The translations under genes were made by a program, and so were the position numbers. Below, in pieces: positions 40,132 through 49,581 of a DNA stretch of 55,526 nucleotides (the stretch's first letter is position 1; each line of letters opens with the position of its first letter). Source of the stretch: a virus (Duplodnaviria; Caudoviricetes). The notes beneath the pieces are model-generated. The model saw only the letters and a program-made list of their open reading frames with translations, did no database searches and was not told the origin of the DNA. The stretch lies in IMG/VR virus record IMGVR_UViG_3300006046_000007, positions 1 to 55,526 of that record; one strand, given 5' to 3'.

Positions 40132-41210
40132 TAGGTCACCACCTCAAAAGTTGGATATGCTTTGCTTCCTGTATTGTCATCTGACCGGATAAATTCTGCA
40201 ACACGGACGAATTCAGATAATCCATACTCACCATCGAGTCGGATTATGTCACCGAGAAAATAGTCACGGTTATACCCGTCAGCCACTTGTTCAGCAATTT
40301 GTCCATCAAACAAAGCTGTGGCATTGTATTTGTAAAGTTCGATAAGGCCCCGAGTGCGACGTGACTCTTCACTATCGGTACCTGTTTCGCTCGAGACGTC
40401 CAAATATAGGACTCTTCGATCGAGGCCCGAAGGCTCCGGAGAAGTGTTCTTAGCAACAGTTTGGCTAGCAGATGTGCTGAACACATAAGCCCAGTTCGCA
40501 GACCCGGTGTAACTCAGCAAATATGTAGCATCTTCGAATTGGTCAAACTTTGCATCAAAGACCACTAAGTCAGTAAGATCCGCACCATTGTAGATCTCAA
40601 CACCAATCTTGTTCGAACCAAGAGCAGGACGAACTGCTTTAAGACCGTGGTGATTGGCTGTCAGCAACTCCATAACAACGGTGTACAAGTTGCCAGGCTT
40701 GATCTCGTAGCTAATCGTGGTGCCAGTCGAGTAATCTGCCGGCAGCGTTAAGTCCACCATGGGAAAGGCGTCATTAGGCGAGTTCATAGGCAATGTAGCA
40801 AGTAGCGGTGGCCTGTTCACATCCCCTATGGTTTGACGAATTGCCTGGTACGCAGCGTCCGACTCTTTGTCTCGCATCTCAACCCAAGGAACCCTGGGGG
40901 CACCAGCGAGATTTAGCTTGACCACTGCGCGTCGCTCGAGTACAGACTCGAAAGATCGGCCAGTAATTGTCAACACAGGCGCATTGTCCTTCGCCTTCTC
41001 GATCTTATGCACCTCAACCATCATAGGTACAGTAGACTCACGAAGAGTGACAAAGGACTCCAGAGGAAGTAGGTTGATCATCCTCTCTACGTCAGTAGAT
41101 ACCAGTTGAAAGTCACCAGAGGAAGAATATCGCTCGGTCCACAACAAGCTACCGTATCGCTCAATCAGTTCTGATGGCTGGTACTCCGCATCTAAAGTAA
41201 GTAACTCCAT
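40131..41210 (-). CDS. Gp37-like siphovirus minor tail (baseplate hub) protein
   Basis: SLLWTERYSSSGDFQL...ITGRSFESVLERR...DYFLGDII; follows Dit. Confidence 0.8.
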   Translation of the reverse strand: MELLTLDAEYQPSELIERYGSLLWTERYSSSGDFQLVSTDVERMINLLPLESFVTLRESTVPMMVEVHKIEKAKDNAPVLTITGRSFESVLERRAVVKLNLAGAPRVPWVEMRDKESDAAYQAIRQTIGDVNRPPLLATLPMNSPNDAFPMVDLTLPADYSTGTTISYEIKPGNLYTVVMELLTANHHGLKAVRPALGSNKIGVEIYNGADLTDLVVFDAKFDQFEDATYLLSYTGSANWAYVFSTSASQTVAKNTSPEPSGLDRRVLYLDVSSETGTDSEESRRTRGLIELYKYNATALFDGQIAEQVADGYNRDYFLGDIIRLDGEYGLSEFVRVAEFIRSDDNTGSKAYPTFEVVT

Positions 41211-42205
41211 TAGATCCCCCAGTACGCAGATGTGTACCTCAAGTATTTGATGTTGGCAACAATGCTGCTGAAATCACCATTCTCATACACTCGCATGGTG
41301 TTATTGGCTGAATGCAACTCTAGCCATTGAGAAGTTGACTTCAAATGGGACACGATAGGCGAAGAGATGTATGTCCAAAAGTCATTGTTGTTCCCAGGGG
41401 CCATGGTGTCATTCGTTCCCCCACCGATGTCGTCTGAGTTTGCTTCCCAGACGCCAGCACCATAGAAGATCTGGTCTCCGAAACCGTACCCGGTCGGAGG
41501 AGTCCATTCTCCGGGTGCAGCAGGCATCTGAGTGGCTTTAGTCCAGCTGATAGACCTTTGACCACGAATGGTGTTAATGACAATGATGTCTCCGACGTTG
41601 TATCCAGCCGGGTTCTCCAGTTGCATCACCTTGCCATTGTTGTACAGAGTGATGGCTTGGGTTGCCGTCGTGACGTAGATACGGACAATGAACCCGGTCT
41701 CAGCAGTACCTTGGTATGTGAACGGAACCTGAACCCAGCCCGTTGGATGCGTAAGCACAGTATCGATGTTGTCACGCAGGTAGGGATCTGGGCAGATCAT
41801 GGAAATCTGACACATCGCCTCCGCATCAAACGGCTCAGTCTCAAACTTCTCACAGTACCCGACGAGATAGATCTGTCGATTGGTATCGTCATGGAGAAGC
41901 ATCTTTAGAAAGTCACCATCAGTTTGCGGATCGATGAAAGCTTTGTAAAGTCGATCGCGTAGAACAGCGACGGTTTCACCAAGGGCCGGGTTAGGATTCA
42001 GGTTGACCGTAAGCACGACGTTCCTGTTTCCTACCCGGCGACCCTGGTAAATACCGCCGTCTTGGGAGTAGTCTCCGATGAAGAGACTGCGATCTGGAGG
42101 ATTTAGCCCGGTAATCTTCTGGATTAGAAGACTGTTCTTCGGCGTGACACCTAGAATGGGCATTTCGAATGCATTGTCGCTCATCACGTCGATTTGCGTA
42201 AGCAC
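41210..42205 (-). CDS. Distal tail protein (Dit) with a carbohydrate-binding-like insertion
   Basis: Follows tape measure; ITGLNPP, RNVVLT, ISMICPDPY; insertion GEWTPPTGYGFGDQIFYGAGVWEAN. Confidence 0.75.
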   Translation of the reverse strand: MLTQIDVMSDNAFEMPILGVTPKNSLLIQKITGLNPPDRSLFIGDYSQDGGIYQGRRVGNRNVVLTVNLNPNPALGETVAVLRDRLYKAFIDPQTDGDFLKMLLHDDTNRQIYLVGYCEKFETEPFDAEAMCQISMICPDPYLRDNIDTVLTHPTGWVQVPFTYQGTAETGFIVRIYVTTATQAITLYNNGKVMQLENPAGYNVGDIIVINTIRGQRSISWTKATQMPAAPGEWTPPTGYGFGDQIFYGAGVWEANSDDIGGGTNDTMAPGNNNDFWTYISSPIVSHLKSTSQWLELHSANNTMRVYENGDFSSIVANIKYLRYTSAYWGI

Positions 42206-42219
42206 GGGCGTCTCCTCTC

Positions 42220-45200
42220 TTAGGTCGGTGCTCCCATTTTGATCTCAGATGCAGACAACAGGTTCTTAGTCTGTCGATAGACCGTCGATTCACTGAGTGT
42301 GTCCGGCGAGGTGTTGTTCTGGACAAACTGGTAGACTGGTGTTGCAGCTTGGGCAGCCTCTTCGGCCTGTCGCAAGGAATCAGTATACCTATCAATAGCT
42401 TTAGCAGCATCCTCCATAGCACTACGTGACAGATTGAAACCAGTAGTACCTGGTCCAGCGCCTGGATTACTTGCTTGATCGGCAGCCTGTTGTGCTTGCT
42501 CTTCATCGCTCTTAGCCTCGGCCGCTGCGTCCTTAGCCTCTTGAGCAAGTCGTTCTGCTCTGTCAAGAAGACGTTGTGCCTTAGCAGCATCCGTCTTTGC
42601 CAACTTCTTGGCTTGCTTGATCAAAGCGTCAGATTGCTTTTGAGCTTTGTCGGCACGCTTTTGTGCGGCGTCAGCACGTCGTTGAAGAATGTCAGCCTTT
42701 TCGGCATCCGTCGCACTGTCGAATCGCTGTTGTTGCCGCTGGTCTCGAGCTTCAGCCTTTCGAGCATCTTCGATCGCCTTGATGCGGTCTTGGACGCTTT
42801 TGGCGTAGAACTCACTGGCCTTCTTCTGATCAGCCTTAGATTGATCGGCCAGCTTCTTAGCAGCCTTTGCGTCTTCCCTCGCCTGCTTAAGCATGTCTTT
42901 GCGAGCTTTACCTTGCAGTTTCTTGGCCGCAATGGCCTCTGCGTTGGCTAGAGCTAGCGCATTGACCGCTCGGTCAGAGAGTTGTTTCGCTCGCTGCGTA
43001 AGAATGTCGCCCTTTCCTTGGGCATCAGCAGAACGGAATGCCTGAACGTTAGACACGTGTTGCGCAGCAGCATCAGCCACCTTTTGTGCCTTCTGAGCAG
43101 CCTTAGCCTGTTGGTCAGCACGTTTCCGTGCCGCAGCAGCAGCTTTCTGCAGAGCCTTGTTCTTCGGGTTCTGCCTAGCCTCTCGCTCGGCAGCCGTCGC
43201 CAGTTGATCTGCAACTCGAGCTTTAGCAGCGGCTTTAGCGGCCGCAATCTGCTTCTTCTCTGCAGTTTTCTGTGCTCCAGCTACTGCCTTATCGCCAGCC
43301 GCAATCACTGCATTGGCTAGAACAATAGCAGCACCAACAGCATTCGCGATGTTCCTGGTGATCCCGATAACAAGACCCTTGACAATCATCTCGCCCCACC
43401 AAATTGCTACCTTCGATGGTGATCCGATGTGAAGGACTCCACCCACGGCGTCGACGACGCTGCCTGCCAAGTCCTTAGCGCCTTGAATGACTTCACTAGC
43501 CTTAGATGCAAGACCGAACGTCATGCCATCGATAATCGCACCTGCCAACTTAATGCCAGCTTGTTGAAGTGCAGGAGCTTGCTTGTCGATCGCATCGGCC
43601 AAACCGTTGATGAAGTCGATGATGGTTTGAGCAGCAGCCTTTTCGATCCTCAAAGCAGCGTTCCCGATACCTTCGATAAGATGCACGATAATGTCGGTTC
43701 CAGCTTTAATGATCTTCGGGACGTTATTGTCGATGCCCTTAAGAATTCCAAGAACGATCTGCAATGCGGCGTTGACAAACTCAGGAACACTCTTTACTAG
43801 AATGCCCACTGCCGTGTCAATATAAGCCTGAAACACCCTCCCAACCTTCGGGATAGCCTTGGTAACGACATCAAGTAGAGCACTAATTAGCTTCTCGGCA
43901 AGATCTCTCAAATGTGGAATGGCATCTTGCACCACTCCGAGTGCGCTCTTGATTATCTCGCCAAAGGCTACTCTTAGTCTAGGTGCCATCTTAGCAATCG
44001 TCTCGATAAAGACGACCACAGCAGTAGCTAGTTGAATGGCGAATTGAGGCAGGATAGCCAAGAAAGCCGTAAAGCCTGCGATAAGCACAGCAATACCTGC
44101 AGTGCCGACAACTGCTAGAATACCAAAAGCCGTAGCAGCCGCAAGCATGCCAGCTCCAGCTAAAGCCAGACCAGCACCTAGCAGAGCAACCGAAGCACCC
44201 AACGCAATAAGACCAGGAGCTAGAGGAATAGCCGCAGCAGCAGCCGCGAGCAAGATAACAAAGCCAAGCGCAAGAGCCCCAAGGCCCTTCGCAATCGTAC
44301 CTAGACTTTGTCCACCGATAGCACCAATAGCCGTAGCCATGATTAGCATTGCTGTTGACATCAGGACAATAGCTCCTGCGGCCGCAGCTACGCCAGGCCC
44401 CATCGCCGTAAGTACGACAAGTGCAGCCACGAACAGAACCAGACCAACAGCCATTGTACCCAAGCCCTTAGCAAGCGTGCTTATGTCCATGTTACCAAGC
44501 GTTGCTACAGCAGCAGCCATAATCACCATCGCCGAAGCTACAATGAATATGGCGGCACCTGCTGCAGCCGCTCCAGGCCCAACGGCAGTCAACACAACCA
44601 GGGCAGCTGTAAACAGAACCAGTCCAATTGCTATCGCACCCAAACCCTTGGCTAGCGTGCTTATGTTCATGTTACCAAGCGCCGCAACCGCAAGAGCCAT
44701 CACTGACATAGCCGAAGCCATGACAAATATAGCAGCCGAGGCAGCAGGCAAACCGACTCCTAGGCCAGACATGCCCTTAAGTGCAACGACCATGATTCCA
44801 AGAGCAATAGCCATCGCTCCTAGACCCTTAGCCAACGTGTCTAGACCCAAATTACCAAGCACTGCAATAGCACCTGACAATATAGCCATAGCTGTGCTGA
44901 TCAGAAGGATCGATGCGCCCATAGCAAACAGACCCTCAGGCTTGATCTTAGATAGCAGCATTAAAGAACCAACGAGTAGACCCATCATCGAAGCCAAAGC
45001 TCCGAGACCAAGAGCAAGCTTCTGTGGCTTGATGAAGCTCAGAGCAATCAAAGAAGCCGTCAGAATACCAACGGCGATAGCAATGTCGAGAATGATCTTA
45101 GCCTTGACCTGTTGCTGCATGGCCTTGAGTGTGTTAGTGACTTCTGCAAATGGAGAAGTGATTGCGCCTAGAGACTCTGACAATTGCTTCGTAAAGCCCG

Positions 45201-47016
45201 TAAGTGTCTTTGAAAGACTGCGTAAACTAAGCAGCAAACCGCCAGTAAGGATAGCATTGAACAAAGACGTCCAGTCAAAGGCATCCATACCACCAAAGAG
45301 GTCTTTGAGACCGCCCACAACAGCAGCTGCAACTAGACCCAAAGCGCCTATTAGGAACTTAATTGTGCCCAAAATGCCTTTAGCGATACCTTCTACAATT
45401 GCTTCACCGACAGGAATTAGTTCTGCGGCGGGAGAGTGAATACCGAGAGCACCCTTGATCCACTCTACAATGTTGTTTGCAAATGTAGTTACTGCTGCTT
45501 CAATAGCACTCGGGTCGAGACCTTTAAGGAGGCCATCGATAAGACTTGAGCCAATCGAGGCACCTTGTTGGACCATGTTACCGACTACGGTTGCTAGTTT
45601 ACCAAGCAGAACAAAGAGAGGAGCTAGTCCTTGTACAACGGCGCCAATGACCTTACCGATGTCACCGAAGACACTAAACAACCCAACTAGAACTGGCGTA
45701 AGGACTGCAGAAATTACGGCGGAAACCTTTACCATCCAGCCTGTGATTTCAGCAAACGCCCTAGTCACCTTCGCCAGACCAGATCCTGCTTTTGCTGTAC
45801 CTGGTGCTATTGATGCGAAAGCGGCAATGAATGGATGTATTAGATTGCCAATGGTCTTGAAGATGTTAGCGAAACCAGTCCATAGATCCTGGAATCCGCC
45901 AAGCTGTCGCCAGCCTTGGAGCATCTTGTCAACGTTTTTGAATATAGCGCTAACAACGCCAGTGATACTCTGGCTAACAGCAGTCCACATCTTAGTAGCT
46001 TGAGTGAAGTTACCGAATAGGTCTTGGAAGACCTTAGCCCAACCAGAACCAATTGACTCTTTAACAACGTCAATAAGCTGAGTGAAAGTCTTGACCTTGG
46101 TCGCTGAGTCGATGGCTGCTTGAGACAGGGTATGCAAATGCTTGGCTGCATCGTCAGCAAAACCCATCTTCTTCAACTGCTCAACAGTATAGGCGATAGT
46201 TTGTCCGCCCTTACCGGTTTGACCGGCCATAACCTTCATTGTCTTAGTGAAGGTTTGAGCAGTCAACCAACCTGCTTGCAGAGAGTCACGGAAGCTACCA
46301 GCAGACTTAATGGCATCATCCATAGCCTTGCCGTTATCGCCCAATGTCCGGTTCGTGGCCATCAATGCTTCACGGATGTTCGAACCACCCATGCCGGCAT
46401 TCGCCAGCGAGTTCCAGTCCATCAGGCGAATCGTACCTGTGGAGAGCGCTTGGCTCATCTGGTACATCGCTGTGTTAAGTTGTTGAACGTTCGATCCAGA
46501 CAAAGCAGCAGTGTTAGCCAAACCCTTAATTGCAGACACAGAATCTGGCAGATTAACACCAGCAGCGGTGAATTTACCAATCGAGTCTGCCATCTGACCA
46601 AAGTTATAGATCGTCAAGTCAGAGTAGTGGTTCAACTGACTTAGATACTTGTTGACCGTTTTGACATCTTTGCCCGTGTTGGCCATGATGACCTGAATCG
46701 AGTTAAGGTTCTTCTCGTATTCATGAAAACCATCGATGATAGGCCCAACAGTCAAGTTCTTCAACAGATCAAGACCGGCAGTGACTGCTTTATTGACGAT
46801 AGTAGCAAGAGCAGTGACACCGGCAACTTGCAAAGCAGAGAATTTTGCCTTAACTCCGTCAACAGAGTTTCCCATGCTAGTAAGGCCGGTGCCCGAACCC
46901 ATCTTGCCGATTGTTTCTTCAAGCGTCGTGAGGGACTTCGTGGAATCAGCAGCTCCCGTTTGGAATTGCTTGTTGTTGAACTGCATATTGACGATGCGAT
47001 CATCAACACTGCTCAT
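42220..47016 (-). CDS. Tape measure protein
   Basis: ~1598 aa Ala/Gly-rich; tape-measure domain YSDLTIYNFGQM...; hydrophobic repeats; GIHSP motifs. Confidence 0.95.
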   Translation of the reverse strand: MSSVDDRIVNMQFNNKQFQTGAADSTKSLTTLEETIGKMGSGTGLTSMGNSVDGVKAKFSALQVAGVTALATIVNKAVTAGLDLLKNLTVGPIIDGFHEYEKNLNSIQVIMANTGKDVKTVNKYLSQLNHYSDLTIYNFGQMADSIGKFTAAGVNLPDSVSAIKGLANTAALSGSNVQQLNTAMYQMSQALSTGTIRLMDWNSLANAGMGGSNIREALMATNRTLGDNGKAMDDAIKSAGSFRDSLQAGWLTAQTFTKTMKVMAGQTGKGGQTIAYTVEQLKKMGFADDAAKHLHTLSQAAIDSATKVKTFTQLIDVVKESIGSGWAKVFQDLFGNFTQATKMWTAVSQSITGVVSAIFKNVDKMLQGWRQLGGFQDLWTGFANIFKTIGNLIHPFIAAFASIAPGTAKAGSGLAKVTRAFAEITGWMVKVSAVISAVLTPVLVGLFSVFGDIGKVIGAVVQGLAPLFVLLGKLATVVGNMVQQGASIGSSLIDGLLKGLDPSAIEAAVTTFANNIVEWIKGALGIHSPAAELIPVGEAIVEGIAKGILGTIKFLIGALGLVAAAVVGGLKDLFGGMDAFDWTSLFNAILTGGLLLSLRSLSKTLTGFTKQLSESLGAITSPFAEVTNTLKAMQQQVKAKIILDIAIAVGILTASLIALSFIKPQKLALGLGALASMMGLLVGSLMLLSKIKPEGLFAMGASILLISTAMAILSGAIAVLGNLGLDTLAKGLGAMAIALGIMVVALKGMSGLGVGLPAASAAIFVMASAMSVMALAVAALGNMNISTLAKGLGAIAIGLVLFTAALVVLTAVGPGAAAAGAAIFIVASAMVIMAAAVATLGNMDISTLAKGLGTMAVGLVLFVAALVVLTAMGPGVAAAAGAIVLMSTAMLIMATAIGAIGGQSLGTIAKGLGALALGFVILLAAAAAAIPLAPGLIALGASVALLGAGLALAGAGMLAAATAFGILAVVGTAGIAVLIAGFTAFLAILPQFAIQLATAVVVFIETIAKMAPRLRVAFGEIIKSALGVVQDAIPHLRDLAEKLISALLDVVTKAIPKVGRVFQAYIDTAVGILVKSVPEFVNAALQIVLGILKGIDNNVPKIIKAGTDIIVHLIEGIGNAALRIEKAAAQTIIDFINGLADAIDKQAPALQQAGIKLAGAIIDGMTFGLASKASEVIQGAKDLAGSVVDAVGGVLHIGSPSKVAIWWGEMIVKGLVIGITRNIANAVGAAIVLANAVIAAGDKAVAGAQKTAEKKQIAAAKAAAKARVADQLATAAEREARQNPKNKALQKAAAAARKRADQQAKAAQKAQKVADAAAQHVSNVQAFRSADAQGKGDILTQRAKQLSDRAVNALALANAEAIAAKKLQGKARKDMLKQAREDAKAAKKLADQSKADQKKASEFYAKSVQDRIKAIEDARKAEARDQRQQQRFDSATDAEKADILQRRADAAQKRADKAQKQSDALIKQAKKLAKTDAAKAQRLLDRAERLAQEAKDAAAEAKSDEEQAQQAADQASNPGAGPGTTGFNLSRSAMEDAAKAIDRYTDSLRQAEEAAQAATPVYQFVQNNTSPDTLSESTVYRQTKNLLSASEIKMGAPT

Positions 47017-47396
47017 GCGAGAGTCACCTTCTTCCATACGTCGTCTGCGATTTGGTCAAATATAGGCTGAATCGCGGGATTGATGTAGTCGTAACCGGCG
47101 ACATAGCCGCCCGTTCCAGTGCCGTGTCCATACTGAAGAATTACAGCGACGTTAACTGTACCGTTTCGATGAGTATTGATCCACGAAATCTTAGTACTGG
47201 TCCCTTGAGTCTCGATCTCATAGCTCCAAGAAGCAGCCGTGAGACCAGAATCAACCGGGGTTGCACCCGCAAGAGCATTTACGCCTTGTTGAGCAAGGGT
47301 TTCCAGGCCAACAAACATGTCTGAGGCCTGCATCTTCTGAAGGAACGCCTGCGTTTTAGCAGTCGATCCGCTTGATGAGAACAAGCCACTAGCCAT
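47013..47396 (-). CDS. HK97 gp10-like neck / tail-completion protein
   Basis: ATPVDSGLTAASW...QYGHGT..GGYV.G.DYINPA. Confidence 0.75.
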   Translation of the reverse strand: MASGLFSSSGSTAKTQAFLQKMQASDMFVGLETLAQQGVNALAGATPVDSGLTAASWSYEIETQGTSTKISWINTHRNGTVNVAVILQYGHGTGTGGYVAGYDYINPAIQPIFDQIADDVWKKVTLA

Positions 47397-47399
47397 GAG

Positions 47400-47594
47400 T
47401 CACTCCTCGTCAGGCGGAGAATGAAACTCCTCACCATCCCAAAGCCAGCCAATACCTACTTCAGAACCTTCAGTGAGAAGGACAATATTTGAACCTTCCA
47501 AAACAAATCCGTCGTCGCGAATGAGGATAACGTTCTCGACCGAGCCAGCAGTCACGACTGCCGCACGAAAGACGGGGCCTTCTTCGTCGGCCAT
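47400..47594 (-). CDS. Small tail-associated protein
   Basis: V.NVIL...VGIGW.WDGEEF..P; follows the glycine-rich tail protein. Confidence 0.6.
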   Translation of the reverse strand: MADEEGPVFRAAVVTAGSVENVILIRDDGFVLEGSNIVLLTEGSEVGIGWLWDGEEFHSPPDEE

Positions 47595-47603
47595 GATTAC
47601 CTC

Positions 47604-48668
47604 CTAGTCATAGTAGACAGTGACACGAATATGTCCGCGAGCACCATTGCCGCCAGTAGTTGAGCCAGCCGTGGTCCTCGTAGAACCGCCACTACCACCG
47701 CCGCCTGGGATCGTTCCAACTACGCCATCTGTAGAGTTGGCTGTATTAGAGCTTGCGCCCTTACCGCCATGGATAGAAGCGCCGCCGATTTTCTGAGTGG
47801 CATTGAAGCCAGGAGCACCGCCACCGCTACCGAAAACAGATCCATTAGGCGAAGCTGTACCGCCTCCACCTCCACCGCCCCAGTATCCCGAAGCGCCATC
47901 TAAACCGCCGCTAACTGCTCCGCGTCCACCACCAAACTGGCTCGTTGGAGTAGCTACTCCGGCGCCAGATGCGCCCATCCCACCGCCATCCCCAAGGGCA
48001 GTTGGGCTTGCGTTACTACCGTTTCCAGCAACACCATCGTAACCAACGCCACCGCCACCGCCGCCAAACCAACCAGCACCGGAAGCGGGGTTGCATGCTC
48101 CACCGCCTCCACCAGCACCAAGAACTTGGCCATTAGCAAAGCCGCTAATAGAGGTCGCGCCTCCTGCAGTAGGAACGCCAGCCAAACCAGCAGCGCCCGA
48201 ACCTCCAGCGCCGATAGCACAAGCAAGCGTGGTTGGAAGGTCAGCAACTTCAAGCACGACTGACTGATAACCACCACCGCCACCGCCGCCTCCTTCGGAG
48301 CCATTTCTGCCTCCAGAAGCACCGCCGCCAGCTCCCCACATCTCGATCTTGGCTCGCACCATTCCGGCGTAAGACGCCTTTAGGAAGTTCCCAGAGGCCG
48401 TAATGTCCACAATTGTGGCGTTCTTTTGGACATATCCTAGGTCGTCAACTGCACCTGAGTCTTGAGTAAGCCTCAAATGACCCGAAGAATCGATCGCTCC
48501 AGAAACATATGGATCTGCGGCAGGAACAACTTGGCCGGCATCGATGTTTGTTCCACCAGCCGTTGTAAGGATCAAATGACCGTTGGAGAGATTGACAGCT
48601 CCAGAAACAACGGAGGCATCTTCGATTTCTTGAGCCTTCTCGGCTGTGATACCATTTACGGTTGCCAT
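47604..48668 (-). CDS. Glycine-rich minor tail protein
   Basis: WGAGGG...GGGGGGG...IGAGG...GGNGARG.I.V. Confidence 0.75.
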   Translation of the reverse strand: MATVNGITAEKAQEIEDASVVSGAVNLSNGHLILTTAGGTNIDAGQVVPAADPYVSGAIDSSGHLRLTQDSGAVDDLGYVQKNATIVDITASGNFLKASYAGMVRAKIEMWGAGGGASGGRNGSEGGGGGGGGYQSVVLEVADLPTTLACAIGAGGSGAAGLAGVPTAGGATSISGFANGQVLGAGGGGGACNPASGAGWFGGGGGGVGYDGVAGNGSNASPTALGDGGGMGASGAGVATPTSQFGGGRGAVSGGLDGASGYWGGGGGGGTASPNGSVFGSGGGAPGFNATQKIGGASIHGGKGASSNTANSTDGVVGTIPGGGGSGGSTRTTAGSTTGGNGARGHIRVTVYYD

Positions 48669-48680
48669 CGTTGCTCCTTT

Positions 48681-49559
48681 CTATGGCGTTGAGCTGATAG
48701 TGTAAGTGCCATCGCCATGATCGACTGCAGTGACATTATCAATCTGGAAGATCTCATCGCCGATCAAGTAAATGTTATGATACGAACCTTCAGCAGACCA
48801 TGTTCCATCGCCATTATCGGTAATGACAATCGCATCGCCGAAGCTAAGCAAGTCAAATATAGTCTGTGCATTGGGTAAAGTAGCTACTGCCTCGGAAGTG
48901 CCATAGAGAAGAGCTTCAATCTCTCCCAGACGCTCGGCATCCATGTGCCGTGTATCGATGGTGATATGGGCTGTTGGTCGATAACCAGCAACTTGAACAG
49001 GCACCGCTTGAATGTCCCAAGAGAACTCGACCGGGTTGATTTCACTGCCAATAGTGCCGTAAGACTTAGCTGAGGGCACCACAGTAGCGTTATAGATCAA
49101 ATGAATTTTGTATCCAGCATTTTCCCCCCGGAGCGGATCTGCGATCTTAGTTCGATAACTCAATCCGAATGAGTCGCCAATTTGAGAATCCAAGTACATT
49201 CCATCTGCAACCTCGACTTCTCCCACGATTGCTGAGAAAGCGTCAGGATACATAAATGCTTTGAGAGTCGCCTTGAATTCCTTGGGTTTTGGCAAATATA
49301 GGAATGGGCGGCCGTCAATGTAGTATTCAGCCGCGCCATCTCCTCCGGCTTCATCGACCGATGTCAACCCGTTCCAAGGAACAGATGAGCCATCGTTCAT
49401 ATAAAGCACGCCTCGGTCGAGTCCTGTTTCGATTTGTCGATCGACAACACGACCCCACTCCATTCTTCCTGCATCGGGAGGGGGTTCGCCGCCACTATTA
49501 GGAGCGAGTCCTGGGAACGTATTAGGTCCTGGATACAACGTCGGAGACGGATAAGTCAT
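48681..49559 (-). CDS. Second major-tail-protein paralogue
   Basis: ETGLDRGVLY...WNGLTSV.E...GYKIHLIYNA.V.PS, homologous to 53419-54300. Confidence 0.8.
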   Translation of the reverse strand: MTYPSPTLYPGPNTFPGLAPNSGGEPPPDAGRMEWGRVVDRQIETGLDRGVLYMNDGSSVPWNGLTSVDEAGGDGAAEYYIDGRPFLYLPKPKEFKATLKAFMYPDAFSAIVGEVEVADGMYLDSQIGDSFGLSYRTKIADPLRGENAGYKIHLIYNATVVPSAKSYGTIGSEINPVEFSWDIQAVPVQVAGYRPTAHITIDTRHMDAERLGEIEALLYGTSEAVATLPNAQTIFDLLSFGDAIVITDNGDGTWSAEGSYHNIYLIGDEIFQIDNVTAVDHGDGTYTISSTP

Positions 49560-49581
49560 TAAGGCCCCTTTCTTCGCTAGG

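Noticed and set aside
44102-46003. Long + strand ORFs (445 aa, 182 aa) and other + strand ORFs
   Set aside because: Antisense shadows of tape-measure and other minus-strand genes; no RBS or recognisable domains
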